A DNA stretch of 64,000 nucleotides from Alphaproteobacteria bacterium (GTDB taxonomy: Bacteria; Pseudomonadota; Alphaproteobacteria; SP197). The position numbers and the translations under genes were made by a program. The stretch is taken from assembly GCA_965228895.1 (NCBI GenBank), contig OZ245842.1:5120001-5184000 (forward strand). Reading direction: 5' to 3'. This document shows positions 48,271 through 57,185 of this stretch, piece by piece (position 1 is the stretch's first letter; every line of letters starts with the position of its first letter). Under the pieces are notes generated by a model, which did no database searches, had not been told where the DNA came from, and was given only the letters and a program-made list of their open reading frames with translations.

Positions 48271-49029
48271 ATGAGCCTGCGGATCATCGCAACGATTGAA
48301 GCACGCATGACGTCGTCGCGCCTGCCCGGCAAGGTGCTTATGCCGGCGGCAGGCCAGCCGCTGCTGGAGATTCTGCTACAACGTCTCGGGAAGACACCGA
48401 GCCTGGATGGCATCGTCATCGCGACAACCACCAACGAAGCCGACGATCCGATTGCGGCACTGGGCGACAGGATGGGCGTCGGCGTCTTTCGCGGTAGCGA
48501 GGACGATGTCCTCGGGCGTGTATGCGGGGCTCTGCGTTCGGCCCAAGCCGATATCTGTGTCGAGATTACCGGCGATTGTCCCTTGATCGATCCGGTGATT
48601 GTGCAGGAGGCGATCGACGCATTTCTCGAGACGTCGGACACCCACCCTTATGTCAGCAACTCCGATCCTTATCGCGCGGTGCCGGCAGGGTTGGACGTGC
48701 AGGTCTTCTTTGCCGAGGCACTTTATGATCTGGCATCGCAAACGACTGATCCGGCCGACAGGGAGCATGTTTCGCTGGGCTTCTACCGACCCGACAGCAA
48801 AGACAAATGGCGCCCCCGCTTTATCAGCCACGCATCATGCCGGGGCGCCCAAGACCTTCTCGTCACGCTCGACTACGCCGAAGACTATGAGCTCATTCGC
48901 CGCTTGCACGAAGCACTCAGTGTCGATGAACCGGATTATGGCGCCCATCAGATCGTTGACTGGATCCGCAGGCATCCCCGCCTTCAGGCGGCATGCCGGC
49001 AATGCCGGGCGCTCGAGCTGGCCTCATGA
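48271..49029 (+). CDS. Second SpsF-type cytidylyltransferase
   Basis: TIEARMTSSRLPGKVL, GSEDDVLGR, EITGDCP, REHVS, TLDYAED. Confidence 0.85.
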   Translation: MSLRIIATIEARMTSSRLPGKVLMPAAGQPLLEILLQRLGKTPSLDGIVIATTTNEADDPIAALGDRMGVGVFRGSEDDVLGRVCGALRSAQADICVEITGDCPLIDPVIVQEAIDAFLETSDTHPYVSNSDPYRAVPAGLDVQVFFAEALYDLASQTTDPADREHVSLGFYRPDSKDKWRPRFISHASCRGAQDLLVTLDYAEDYELIRRLHEALSVDEPDYGAHQIVDWIRRHPRLQAACRQCRALELAS

Positions 49030-50021
49030 ACGATCCGCTGATTGTTGGCGTCATGGGCGCCGGGCGAATGGCGCAAGGTTATGATAGCCCGGGCGACAAG
49101 AACATCTTGAGCCATGCCCATGCAATCCAGGCACATCCAAGACTTAGCCTGGGTGGATTCTTCGACTGCAATGAGAGCCGCGCCGCCTCGGCGGAAGATC
49201 GGTGGGATGCGCCCGCTACACCGCGCGACAGATCGGCATGGCTCGGTCAGCCATGGGATGTCGTCTGTATCGCGACGCCCGATGATCAGCACGCTCAGGA
49301 CTTGTCGGATGTTCTCGATCGGCGACCGCGTGCGGTGGTGGTGGAGAAGCCGCTGGCGACAGACCCCGATCAAGCCGAGCGTTTGCTGGAACGCGCCAGC
49401 GACGATGGCATCCCCGTTCTTGTCGATTTTCCGCGCCGCTATCACACCGGTGTCGCCGCGGTGGGAGAGCTGATCAGCGACGGGCACCTCGGCGATCCAC
49501 TGGCTGGATCTTTTGTCTTCTCCGGCACGCCGGCTCACGCGGCGATCCACATGCTGGATCTGTTTCATAGCTGGTGGGGCGGTGGATGGTCGCCACGGCC
49601 GATGGGCAGCGGATGCGACAGCGCAACCATCGAATTCGATCGTGATGGCAAAGCGGTCACGATCAACTTCACTTCGCTGCCGAGCGATCACCACTATGTG
49701 TGGGAGATGCACGTTTACTGTGAGCGCGGAAAAATAGCGCTGGCGTCGAGCCCGGAAGTCCTGTCGGTGGAACTGACCGGAAAACACCCGGTCTATACGG
49801 CTGTTGACGTGCTGGCGCCGCAGATGCGGTTTGACATGGAGAATGAGCCACTTCTGACCGGCCTGATGAACGCGGTTGTGGAAGCTGTCGAGACGCCGGA
49901 AAAAATTGGATTGCTGTTGGATCGGGAAATCGGCAGTCAGCGGTTCAGTGGAAGCGTGCTGCGCCTGCTGCGGTCGGCCGAAATCCATGTCGTTGATGCG
50001 GCGTCGCGATGCCGGGCCTAG
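49026..50021 (+). CDS. Gfo/Idh/MocA NAD(P) oxidoreductase
   Basis: GVMGAG, VCIATPDDQH, VVEKPLA, HMLD. Confidence 0.82.
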   Translation: MNDPLIVGVMGAGRMAQGYDSPGDKNILSHAHAIQAHPRLSLGGFFDCNESRAASAEDRWDAPATPRDRSAWLGQPWDVVCIATPDDQHAQDLSDVLDRRPRAVVVEKPLATDPDQAERLLERASDDGIPVLVDFPRRYHTGVAAVGELISDGHLGDPLAGSFVFSGTPAHAAIHMLDLFHSWWGGGWSPRPMGSGCDSATIEFDRDGKAVTINFTSLPSDHHYVWEMHVYCERGKIALASSPEVLSVELTGKHPVYTAVDVLAPQMRFDMENEPLLTGLMNAVVEAVETPEKIGLLLDREIGSQRFSGSVLRLLRSAEIHVVDAASRCRA

Positions 50022-51151
50022 CCGATGATCGAAAGCCCGACATCCTGTTGTTCGCAGAAGATCCCGGCGCGGCCAATCTTATCGCGCCTTTGCCGACGCA
50101 GCTTCGGCATGCCGGCCTCCATTGCCGCTTTTTCGCCGACCAACAGCTTGCCGGGTTTCTGAGCGACCGCATGATTGACGTCTGTTTGCTCGAAGACGAA
50201 CCCGGTGACGTGCTCGACGCGCTGGGCCCTCGTCTCGTGGCGTGCGGTACGTCGGAAAACCGCAACGGCAGCAGCCTGGCCATACTCGATGCCGCGCATG
50301 AGCGCGGCATAACGTCGCTGGGACTGGTCGATATGCTGGCGAATGCGAGGCATCGATTCCAAGGTGCCGGTGAGCACCCGCTGGAACACGCGCCCGACTG
50401 GATCGCCGTGCCCGACGCGCCGACCGCCCGTATCTATGTGGAGCTGGGATTTCCAGCGGACCGCATCGCCGTTTGCGGCCATCCCCATTACGACGTCGTT
50501 CGCGACAGACGCGAAGAGTTCTTGTGCCAGTCGCGCGATGCCATGCGTGGAGAACTGCTTCCCGATGCACCACCGGATCGACCGGTGCTGATTTTTCTTG
50601 CCGAAGGAGTCGACCAGCTTGATCCGGAAGCCAGCCGGGCGACAGCGGCCTATACATTGCGTGGCAGCGGCAACAGCAATGACCGGACAACCATCGTCTT
50701 GGAGGAGATCCTGGCAGCGGTCGACGAACTCAACCCAAGGCCTTATGTCGTTCTTCGTTTACATCCCAAAAATGCGGCGAGCGACTACCAGAGCCTTCGC
50801 CATAAGATCGACCTTGTGAGCCATGACGGGGATCCTCTTCCGCTCCTCTGGTGTGCGGATAGCGTTGTCGGCATGACGACGTTCTTGCTCGTCGAGGCTT
50901 CGTTGCTCGGGTTGCCGACCTTGTCGGTCTTGCCGCGGGCCGAGGAGGCCGAATGGCTGCCAACCACTGCGGACGGAACGACACCAGTTGTCACGGCAAG
51001 ACATTACCTGCGCAGAAAATTGCAGGAGATTCTGGATCGGTCCGTTCGCAATCAGCGCGAAGTCCAATTGCCGTCCGGCGCCGGACAGAACACTGCTGCG
51101 CTGATCAAACAATTGCTGGGCCACTCGCATGATGTGGCGGACACGGATTGA
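50009..51151 (+). CDS. GT-B-fold putative glycosyl/ulosonate transferase
   Basis: DPGAAN, PDWIAVPD, VCGHPHYD, LRLHPK, VVGMTTFLLVEA..GLP. Confidence 0.55.
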   Translation: MPGLADDRKPDILLFAEDPGAANLIAPLPTQLRHAGLHCRFFADQQLAGFLSDRMIDVCLLEDEPGDVLDALGPRLVACGTSENRNGSSLAILDAAHERGITSLGLVDMLANARHRFQGAGEHPLEHAPDWIAVPDAPTARIYVELGFPADRIAVCGHPHYDVVRDRREEFLCQSRDAMRGELLPDAPPDRPVLIFLAEGVDQLDPEASRATAAYTLRGSGNSNDRTTIVLEEILAAVDELNPRPYVVLRLHPKNAASDYQSLRHKIDLVSHDGDPLPLLWCADSVVGMTTFLLVEASLLGLPTLSVLPRAEEAEWLPTTADGTTPVVTARHYLRRKLQEILDRSVRNQREVQLPSGAGQNTAALIKQLLGHSHDVADTD

Positions 51152-51690
51152 TTAGGACACCGACAATAGAAACGTCACGTCTCGTGTTGCAGCCATTTGA
51201 TGATCGACATCTTACCGAGCGCTATGTCGCTTGGTTGAACGATCCGGTTGTCGTCCGCTTCAGTGAACAGCGGCATGCGCATCACACATTGGAAAGCTGC
51301 AAGATTTACTTTGATGGACTACTCGCTGGTGAGCACTTCTTCTGGGCCATCGAGTTGCAGGGCGCATCGCCAGTGCATATCGGGAACATGACGGCCTATC
51401 GGGATCGACCGAACAATGTAGCTGAAATCTCGATCTTGCTCGGTGACCGTGGACATCACGGAAATCACTATGGCAAGGAAGCTTGGTGTGCGGTGGTAGA
51501 CCACCTCATCGTCAGTGAGAATGTCAGGCGTGTCGAAGCGGGAGCTATGGAACTCAATGAGCCCATGCTTCGGATCTTCAAGGCAAGTGGCATGCACGAG
51601 GAGGGCCGTCAGAAAGGGCGTTTCCTTTTGGATGGCCAACCCGTTGATCTCGTTCATGCCAGCCGATTTGCAGAGAGCGGTGGGCGGTAG
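51148..51690 (+). CDS. RimJ/RimL-type GNAT N-acetyltransferase
   Basis: YVAWLNDP, HIGN, EISILLGD...G.HYGKEA, N..ML.IFKASGM.EEG. Confidence 0.85.
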   Translation: MIRTPTIETSRLVLQPFDDRHLTERYVAWLNDPVVVRFSEQRHAHHTLESCKIYFDGLLAGEHFFWAIELQGASPVHIGNMTAYRDRPNNVAEISILLGDRGHHGNHYGKEAWCAVVDHLIVSENVRRVEAGAMELNEPMLRIFKASGMHEEGRQKGRFLLDGQPVDLVHASRFAESGGR

Positions 51691-51780
51691 TCTGTCGACA
51701 TTCAACTCAATGTTGGGTTGCGCATGTAACCGGTGCGAGATTTGCCGTGCCAAGAGCATGAGAAAGTTGGATCCCTGATC

Positions 51781-53466
51781 ATGAGGCGACATGCACACGC
51801 GACGTTGGGCCTAGCCAAACGTGCCGTTGTGTCAGGGGTCCAGGTCGTTCGAGACACGATGCCGTCGAACCGCCGCCTCACTGCCGAACGAGAGGCTGTG
51901 CGTGAACGTGCGGAGACGTTAATGGCCAGCCTGGCGGTGGGCGGTACACCGGCCTTTGACGGCAAGGTCCTGCTCGACGGTATGTTTGACAACGCCAACT
52001 ACTGGTATCGCCTTTCTCTGCTGCGTGCCGCATTGGGACTTGGTCACGCAGACGAGACTGGCCTCTATGGTCCATACATGGCCAAGTACGCCCGCCGCAC
52101 GTTCGATAGGTTCGGCATAAAGCGCCACGTCGCCTTCGATGGTTTGTTGACACCAAGCGACAGAGACCATGCCAGACGCGAGGCGGAAAGACTTGTCGGC
52201 GAGACGTCGCGGCCGGATGACATCCTGTCCTGGCAGTTGCCGTTCGACGTACCGCCTGGGCTCGTCTATGACGGCATTCTCAAAGCACAACGTGCCCCAA
52301 GCGTCGACACCAAACTTCCTCTGTTCACCGACCAGGTTGAGCGTTGTCTTGTCGAAATCCTGGCCGCAGCAAGGTTGCTCGACCAGACCGAGCCGAACCT
52401 GGTTGTTCTGAGCCATAGCTGCAATGTCAGCGATGGGACGCTGTGCCATGTTGCGGCCCAACGCGGTGTGCCCACCATCGTCGCTTTTGGCAACTATGGT
52501 GTCCCGCGCTACTGCCGGACCGATCGGACGGACGAGTTGTTCGACCCGGTCGATCGACCGAGCGGTCACGACCTGGAGTCGCTGCCGGAAACGCGTGCCG
52601 ACGCGCTGGCGCAAGCAGGAAGACAGCATCTGCAAGCGCGCTTCGAGGGCGCTACAGATGATGTCGGCGGTCAGTACGCCTTTGCCAAAGCGAACGGTAA
52701 CCTGACGCGTGCCGGCGTTGCGGCGCAATTCGGCTGGGACCCGGACCGTCCGATCGTGGCTGTGTATGCCGCCAATTGGTTCGACTACCCCCACTACATG
52801 GGCATGTCCAACTTCCGCGACTTCGCCGATTTCATCACGACCACGGTTCAAATCGCAATCGAGTGCTCCGACGTCAACTGGTTGTTTCGCCGGCATCCGG
52901 CCGATGACTTTTATGGCGGCAAGACGCTTAAAGATGTCATGCCCGCAAACCTGCCGCCCCATGTCGCGCTTTCCCCCAACGCGTGGAACGGTTCGGAACT
53001 CATGGGCTGTATCGATGGTGCGGTGACCTACCATGGAACAATCGGGATAGAAGCCGCGACCATAGGAAAACCGGTCATCGTTGCCGACCGTGGCTGGTAT
53101 GATGATTGCGGTTTTGTCACCCGTCCCGACGATCGCGCAGCCTATTGCGCGGCGCTGAAAGACCGGCAGTGGCTCGATGTGGATGTCCAGACCCGTCGAC
53201 GGAACGCCGAAATTTTCGCCGGCTGGTACTTTACGGTGCCAAGCTGGCAGGGCCAGTTGATCTGCGGCGACGATAGCGGCCAATGGTCGAACTATGACCG
53301 ACTGTCACAACTGATGACGCAGGAGGGCGCCGCGATACAGCGTGAAGTCGCGCAGATTTCAGCATGGTGGTCATCGGGCGCTCGTTTCTATCACACCGAA
53401 AAGATGCGTCATGCCGATGCGTTCATGGTGAGCAATGTCCACCGCGGGCAGGCTGGCACGACATGA
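51781..53466 (+). CDS. Putative capsule/LPS glycosyltransferase (GT-B, KpsS-like C-terminus)
   Basis: NWLFRRHP, AVTYHGTIGIEA..GKPVIVA; family assignment tentative. Confidence 0.55.
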   Translation: MRRHAHATLGLAKRAVVSGVQVVRDTMPSNRRLTAEREAVRERAETLMASLAVGGTPAFDGKVLLDGMFDNANYWYRLSLLRAALGLGHADETGLYGPYMAKYARRTFDRFGIKRHVAFDGLLTPSDRDHARREAERLVGETSRPDDILSWQLPFDVPPGLVYDGILKAQRAPSVDTKLPLFTDQVERCLVEILAAARLLDQTEPNLVVLSHSCNVSDGTLCHVAAQRGVPTIVAFGNYGVPRYCRTDRTDELFDPVDRPSGHDLESLPETRADALAQAGRQHLQARFEGATDDVGGQYAFAKANGNLTRAGVAAQFGWDPDRPIVAVYAANWFDYPHYMGMSNFRDFADFITTTVQIAIECSDVNWLFRRHPADDFYGGKTLKDVMPANLPPHVALSPNAWNGSELMGCIDGAVTYHGTIGIEAATIGKPVIVADRGWYDDCGFVTRPDDRAAYCAALKDRQWLDVDVQTRRRNAEIFAGWYFTVPSWQGQLICGDDSGQWSNYDRLSQLMTQEGAAIQREVAQISAWWSSGARFYHTEKMRHADAFMVSNVHRGQAGTT

Positions 53467-54401
53467 TCGCCAAGGCGCTACGCAGCACGCTCGGCGACGC
53501 CCTTTGGCGTCACAGCTTACGTCGCCATCGCAGCAACATGGGTTGGCGCCAGGCGCCGCAGTACAATCGGTATCTCGATCGATGCAGAGCAAGCTTCCAG
53601 GGCGAACTCCCCGATATCGGAGATCTGGATCGAGCCGTCCATGAGTTCCAACATCAGGGCGTAACATCATTCTGCACGCCGGAGACAATCGCGATTGCTG
53701 AAGGGATCCGGCACAAGCTGGAAGCACGAGAGCAGTCGGGGCAAGGCGCATGGGGCGCCCGAACCACCGAGAGCGACGACGACACCTATATCGGCGATCT
53801 ATGGCACGACTTCCCCGAGGTCCAAGACCTGCTCAAGGGGATTCTCGGCGCATTTCTCTCCCACTACTACCAGTGCCCGCCGAAGTTCTACTTCGGTCTG
53901 TGTTATCGTTCGTTACGGCGTTCTGACAGACCGAGCGGATCGCAACTCTGGCATAGTGATTCCGGTCCAGGCATCTGCACCAACGTCATGGTCTATCTAA
54001 GCGATGTGGGCTCTGATGACGGGCCGCTCCAGGTGCTTCCCTGGCAGGACTCCCTGCCGATTTTCCTGCGTCAACGCGCGGTCATGCGACAGCGCCTGCG
54101 ACAAGCAGATGGGCATCTCGACAAGTTGGCGCAGCGTGAAATCCTGTGCAGCTACTACGCCGAAGCGATTGAACAGGGGCTGACAGAGCGCGTTCGAACC
54201 ATGACGGGTCCCGTCGGAACTGTCGTGCCGTTCTTCAACAACAGCCTTCACCGCGGCGGATTTCCCGAGGCCGGCCACACGCGCCGCGCGCTGGTTTTCC
54301 ACTGCTATCCGTCGCATCGCCCGACCGATTGGTCGATCTATGACAAGGACGGGCTCAAAAAGCGTGGCTCTTACCCGCACGATCCTTCTGAACCCTTTTG
54401 A
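53463..54401 (+). CDS. PhyH-like Fe(II)/2OG dioxygenase
   Basis: SQLWHSD, VYLSDV..DDGPLQV, GPVGTVV.F.N.SLHRG...RR. Confidence 0.7.
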   Translation: MIAKALRSTLGDALWRHSLRRHRSNMGWRQAPQYNRYLDRCRASFQGELPDIGDLDRAVHEFQHQGVTSFCTPETIAIAEGIRHKLEAREQSGQGAWGARTTESDDDTYIGDLWHDFPEVQDLLKGILGAFLSHYYQCPPKFYFGLCYRSLRRSDRPSGSQLWHSDSGPGICTNVMVYLSDVGSDDGPLQVLPWQDSLPIFLRQRAVMRQRLRQADGHLDKLAQREILCSYYAEAIEQGLTERVRTMTGPVGTVVPFFNNSLHRGGFPEAGHTRRALVFHCYPSHRPTDWSIYDKDGLKKRGSYPHDPSEPF

Positions 54402-55207
54402 ACACCAACCGGTCCGACAAACACTTGCTTTCGCTCCTTCGCCAGTTGGCCAGTGCCATCATCCATCCCACCAAACCCCAAGGGCGTGTACGGCCTCTGC
54501 GGACCTTGTTGACGATGCCCGTGTTCTTTGACGTCACGGCATACCTGATTCAGGCGCGCGATCTGCTTCGTCCAACCCGTATTAGTGAGTACTCGGTGGC
54601 CGATGATGATCATCACCGCAAGGTCCACGACTACAATGCGGGCGTGACGGAAGCGAAACGCATTCACAGAACGCGTCGCACTGAACCGTACTACCAAATC
54701 CTCAACCTTCCGCCGCGTGACTTAGCCGACGAAAAGCTCCTCATCGTCGGACCGCGCAATGTCCTGGAACTCTATCTCGCTTGGCTTCATGGATTTCAAT
54801 GGTCGAACATTACCGGCATCGACCTCTACTCGACGAACCCAAAGATCGTCGAAATGAACATGGAGGCGATGACGTTTCCGGATGCGTCATTTGATGCGAT
54901 GTCCATGTCTGCCACGTTAGCCTATGCCGATGATACGAAGCAGGCACTGCGTGAAGCGTTTCGTGTGTTGAGACCGGGTGGTGTTTTTGCGTTCGGACAA
55001 ACCTATGTCTCGGAAACCACGGAGTGGCCTGGCAATCGCTTTAGCGGAGACGATCTCAAGGCGATGCTCGATGACATCGGGTTTCGTGTCTACTACTACC
55101 AACCAAGGCCGAAGATTAACTCGCTTGGCCAGCCTCAGACGTCCCACGTGTTTGGTGTCGTCAAACCCGATCCGAACGGGTTGGTGCACGATATCGTCAC
55201 GATGTAA
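54398..55207 (+). CDS. SAM-dependent methyltransferase (type 11)
   Basis: LIVGPR, GIDLYS, FPDASFD, EAFRVLRPGG. Confidence 0.8.
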   Translation: MNTNRSDKHLLSLLRQLASAIIHPTKPQGRVRPLRTLLTMPVFFDVTAYLIQARDLLRPTRISEYSVADDDHHRKVHDYNAGVTEAKRIHRTRRTEPYYQILNLPPRDLADEKLLIVGPRNVLELYLAWLHGFQWSNITGIDLYSTNPKIVEMNMEAMTFPDASFDAMSMSATLAYADDTKQALREAFRVLRPGGVFAFGQTYVSETTEWPGNRFSGDDLKAMLDDIGFRVYYYQPRPKINSLGQPQTSHVFGVVKPDPNGLVHDIVTM

Positions 55208-55307
55208 ATGGCGCATGCCGCTGTAATGGTCGGAAGCTTCAAGTCACTTACGTCGGTTGCGACATCCGCCGTTTCGGACCGGCAGCTGTGGTCAACGACT
55301 TGACGTG

Positions 55308-57185
55308 ATGGCGACAACGCAAGGTAAACACGGTGACCGCCGCTTGGAGCCTTTGGCGGCCGTTACGGGCAGCGCTTCCTCGGTTCTGGGGATGTCTGTC
55401 TCGGCTTGGCGTCTGCTCGAACCGGGCGAGAAGGTAGCGACGACGTTCATTCTGATCGCATCCGTGATTTCGTCGGCGGTCGAACTGGCGGCACTGTCGA
55501 CGGCTGTGCCTTTTGTGGGATTGTTGGTCGACCCAGACTCGCTGGATCGCTTTCCCTTGATCGGCGAGTTTTTTGCGATGTTGGGTCTGTCGCTCGACAA
55601 CGATGCGGTTCTGCTGGCAGGTGTGCTCGTTATCGCAAGTTTGACAGTCGCCTTTCTGTTCCGCACGGCCATCTTCTTCGCGGTCGAGCGCTTTAGTGCA
55701 CGCTTTGCTAATCGGTTGGTCGACGACCTCATCCGAGGCTGCCTATTTGGCCCCTATGCGTGGCTGCGTACGCAGAACGGCGCGCTGCTGGCGCAGCGCC
55801 TGTCAATCGATGCTTCTTCTGTGGGCCATGGACTTCTGTCGAGCATCCTCGATCTGTCCTATAGCCTGTTCATTCTCATCATCGGCATTGTCGTCGTTGT
55901 CACGGCGTCTTCGTGGATGACGATCGTCGTTTTGGGTGTGTTTGCGGTCATTGTCGCCATTGCATTGTCGGTTTTGAACCCGCTTTCCGCCCGCCTGTCA
56001 TCCAAACAGCGACTGCATAACATCCGCAGCATGCAGGAAGGAATCGAGGCGCTTGAAGGGTCGAAGGTTCTGCGTGTCACCGGTACCGAAGGCTATTTCG
56101 TGAGGCGGTTTGTCGGCAGTTGGGGTTTGGCAAACTACGCGCGCATGAACCTCAATCTCGTCAACAAGCTAATCCCGACGACAATCCTTCTGATCGGTCA
56201 GATTGGCATGCTGACATTGGCGATGTCGCTCTTTGCGCTCGACTTACCCAATGAGCTCATCGTTACGCAGCTCACGTTTATTCTCTTGGTTCTTGTCCGC
56301 GTATTGCCTGCGGTGTCGTCCATAAGCGGATCGGTCAATCGCCTGGTCAAGCTTGAGCCTTTCTTCCGTGGATATGCTGAGCTACGCGAGCAGGTCCTGT
56401 CCTGGGGATCACAAGACGAACGAGAGGCGAAGCCGGGACGCCCGGTCGATCTGTCGTGGAGCACACTGACATTTGACAATGTTGAGTTTGGTTTTGCTGA
56501 TTCCGATCGTGTGCAGCTCAAGGCCATTTCGTTTTCGCTTCAGTATGGGCAGCACTATGGCTTTGTCGGGCCGTCCGGCGCCGGAAAGAGCACGTTGCTC
56601 GATATTCTACTCGGCCTTCTGGAGCCGACGAACGGGCGTGTTTTGCTCGACCAGCAACCGCTGCAGGGACGTTGCCGTGCGGCATGGCTTGCGGCGATCG
56701 GTTACGTGCCGCAGGAGCCGTTTATCATCGATGACTCGCTTCGCCGAAATGTCGCGTTCGGCATCGACGACGCCGATGTCAGCGATGACAAGATATGGAA
56801 AGCCCTTGAGCTTGCCGAACTTGCGAGCCTCGTGCGCGATTGGCCCGATGGCCTTGCGACGTCACTGGGAGACGGCGGGGCGAGGCTGTCCGGTGGCCAG
56901 CGCCAGAGGGTTGCCATTGCCCGCGCCCTCTATTTCGATCCCCAGATCCTGGTCTTTGACGAGGCGACGAGCGCGCTCGATCTTCCGACCGAAAACGCCA
57001 TCCGAAAAACGATCGCAAAGCTGAGCGGCCAGCGCACCACGGTCACGATTACCCACCGGCTTGCAACGCTTTCCGACTGTGATCGCATCTTTATCTTGGT
57101 CGATGGCGAGATATCGGCATCCGGCACATTTGAACAGCTGTCGCGCGAAAATCGGTCCTTTCAATTGTTGTCGAACTCACCATGA
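55308..57185 (+). CDS. ABC exporter TMD-NBD fusion (PglK/Wzk/MsbA-like glycan flippase)
   Basis: TM domain, GPSGAGKST, GYVPQ, LSGGQRQR, FDEATSALD, THRL. Confidence 0.9.
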   Translation: MATTQGKHGDRRLEPLAAVTGSASSVLGMSVSAWRLLEPGEKVATTFILIASVISSAVELAALSTAVPFVGLLVDPDSLDRFPLIGEFFAMLGLSLDNDAVLLAGVLVIASLTVAFLFRTAIFFAVERFSARFANRLVDDLIRGCLFGPYAWLRTQNGALLAQRLSIDASSVGHGLLSSILDLSYSLFILIIGIVVVVTASSWMTIVVLGVFAVIVAIALSVLNPLSARLSSKQRLHNIRSMQEGIEALEGSKVLRVTGTEGYFVRRFVGSWGLANYARMNLNLVNKLIPTTILLIGQIGMLTLAMSLFALDLPNELIVTQLTFILLVLVRVLPAVSSISGSVNRLVKLEPFFRGYAELREQVLSWGSQDEREAKPGRPVDLSWSTLTFDNVEFGFADSDRVQLKAISFSLQYGQHYGFVGPSGAGKSTLLDILLGLLEPTNGRVLLDQQPLQGRCRAAWLAAIGYVPQEPFIIDDSLRRNVAFGIDDADVSDDKIWKALELAELASLVRDWPDGLATSLGDGGARLSGGQRQRVAIARALYFDPQILVFDEATSALDLPTENAIRKTIAKLSGQRTTVTITHRLATLSDCDRIFILVDGEISASGTFEQLSRENRSFQLLSNSP

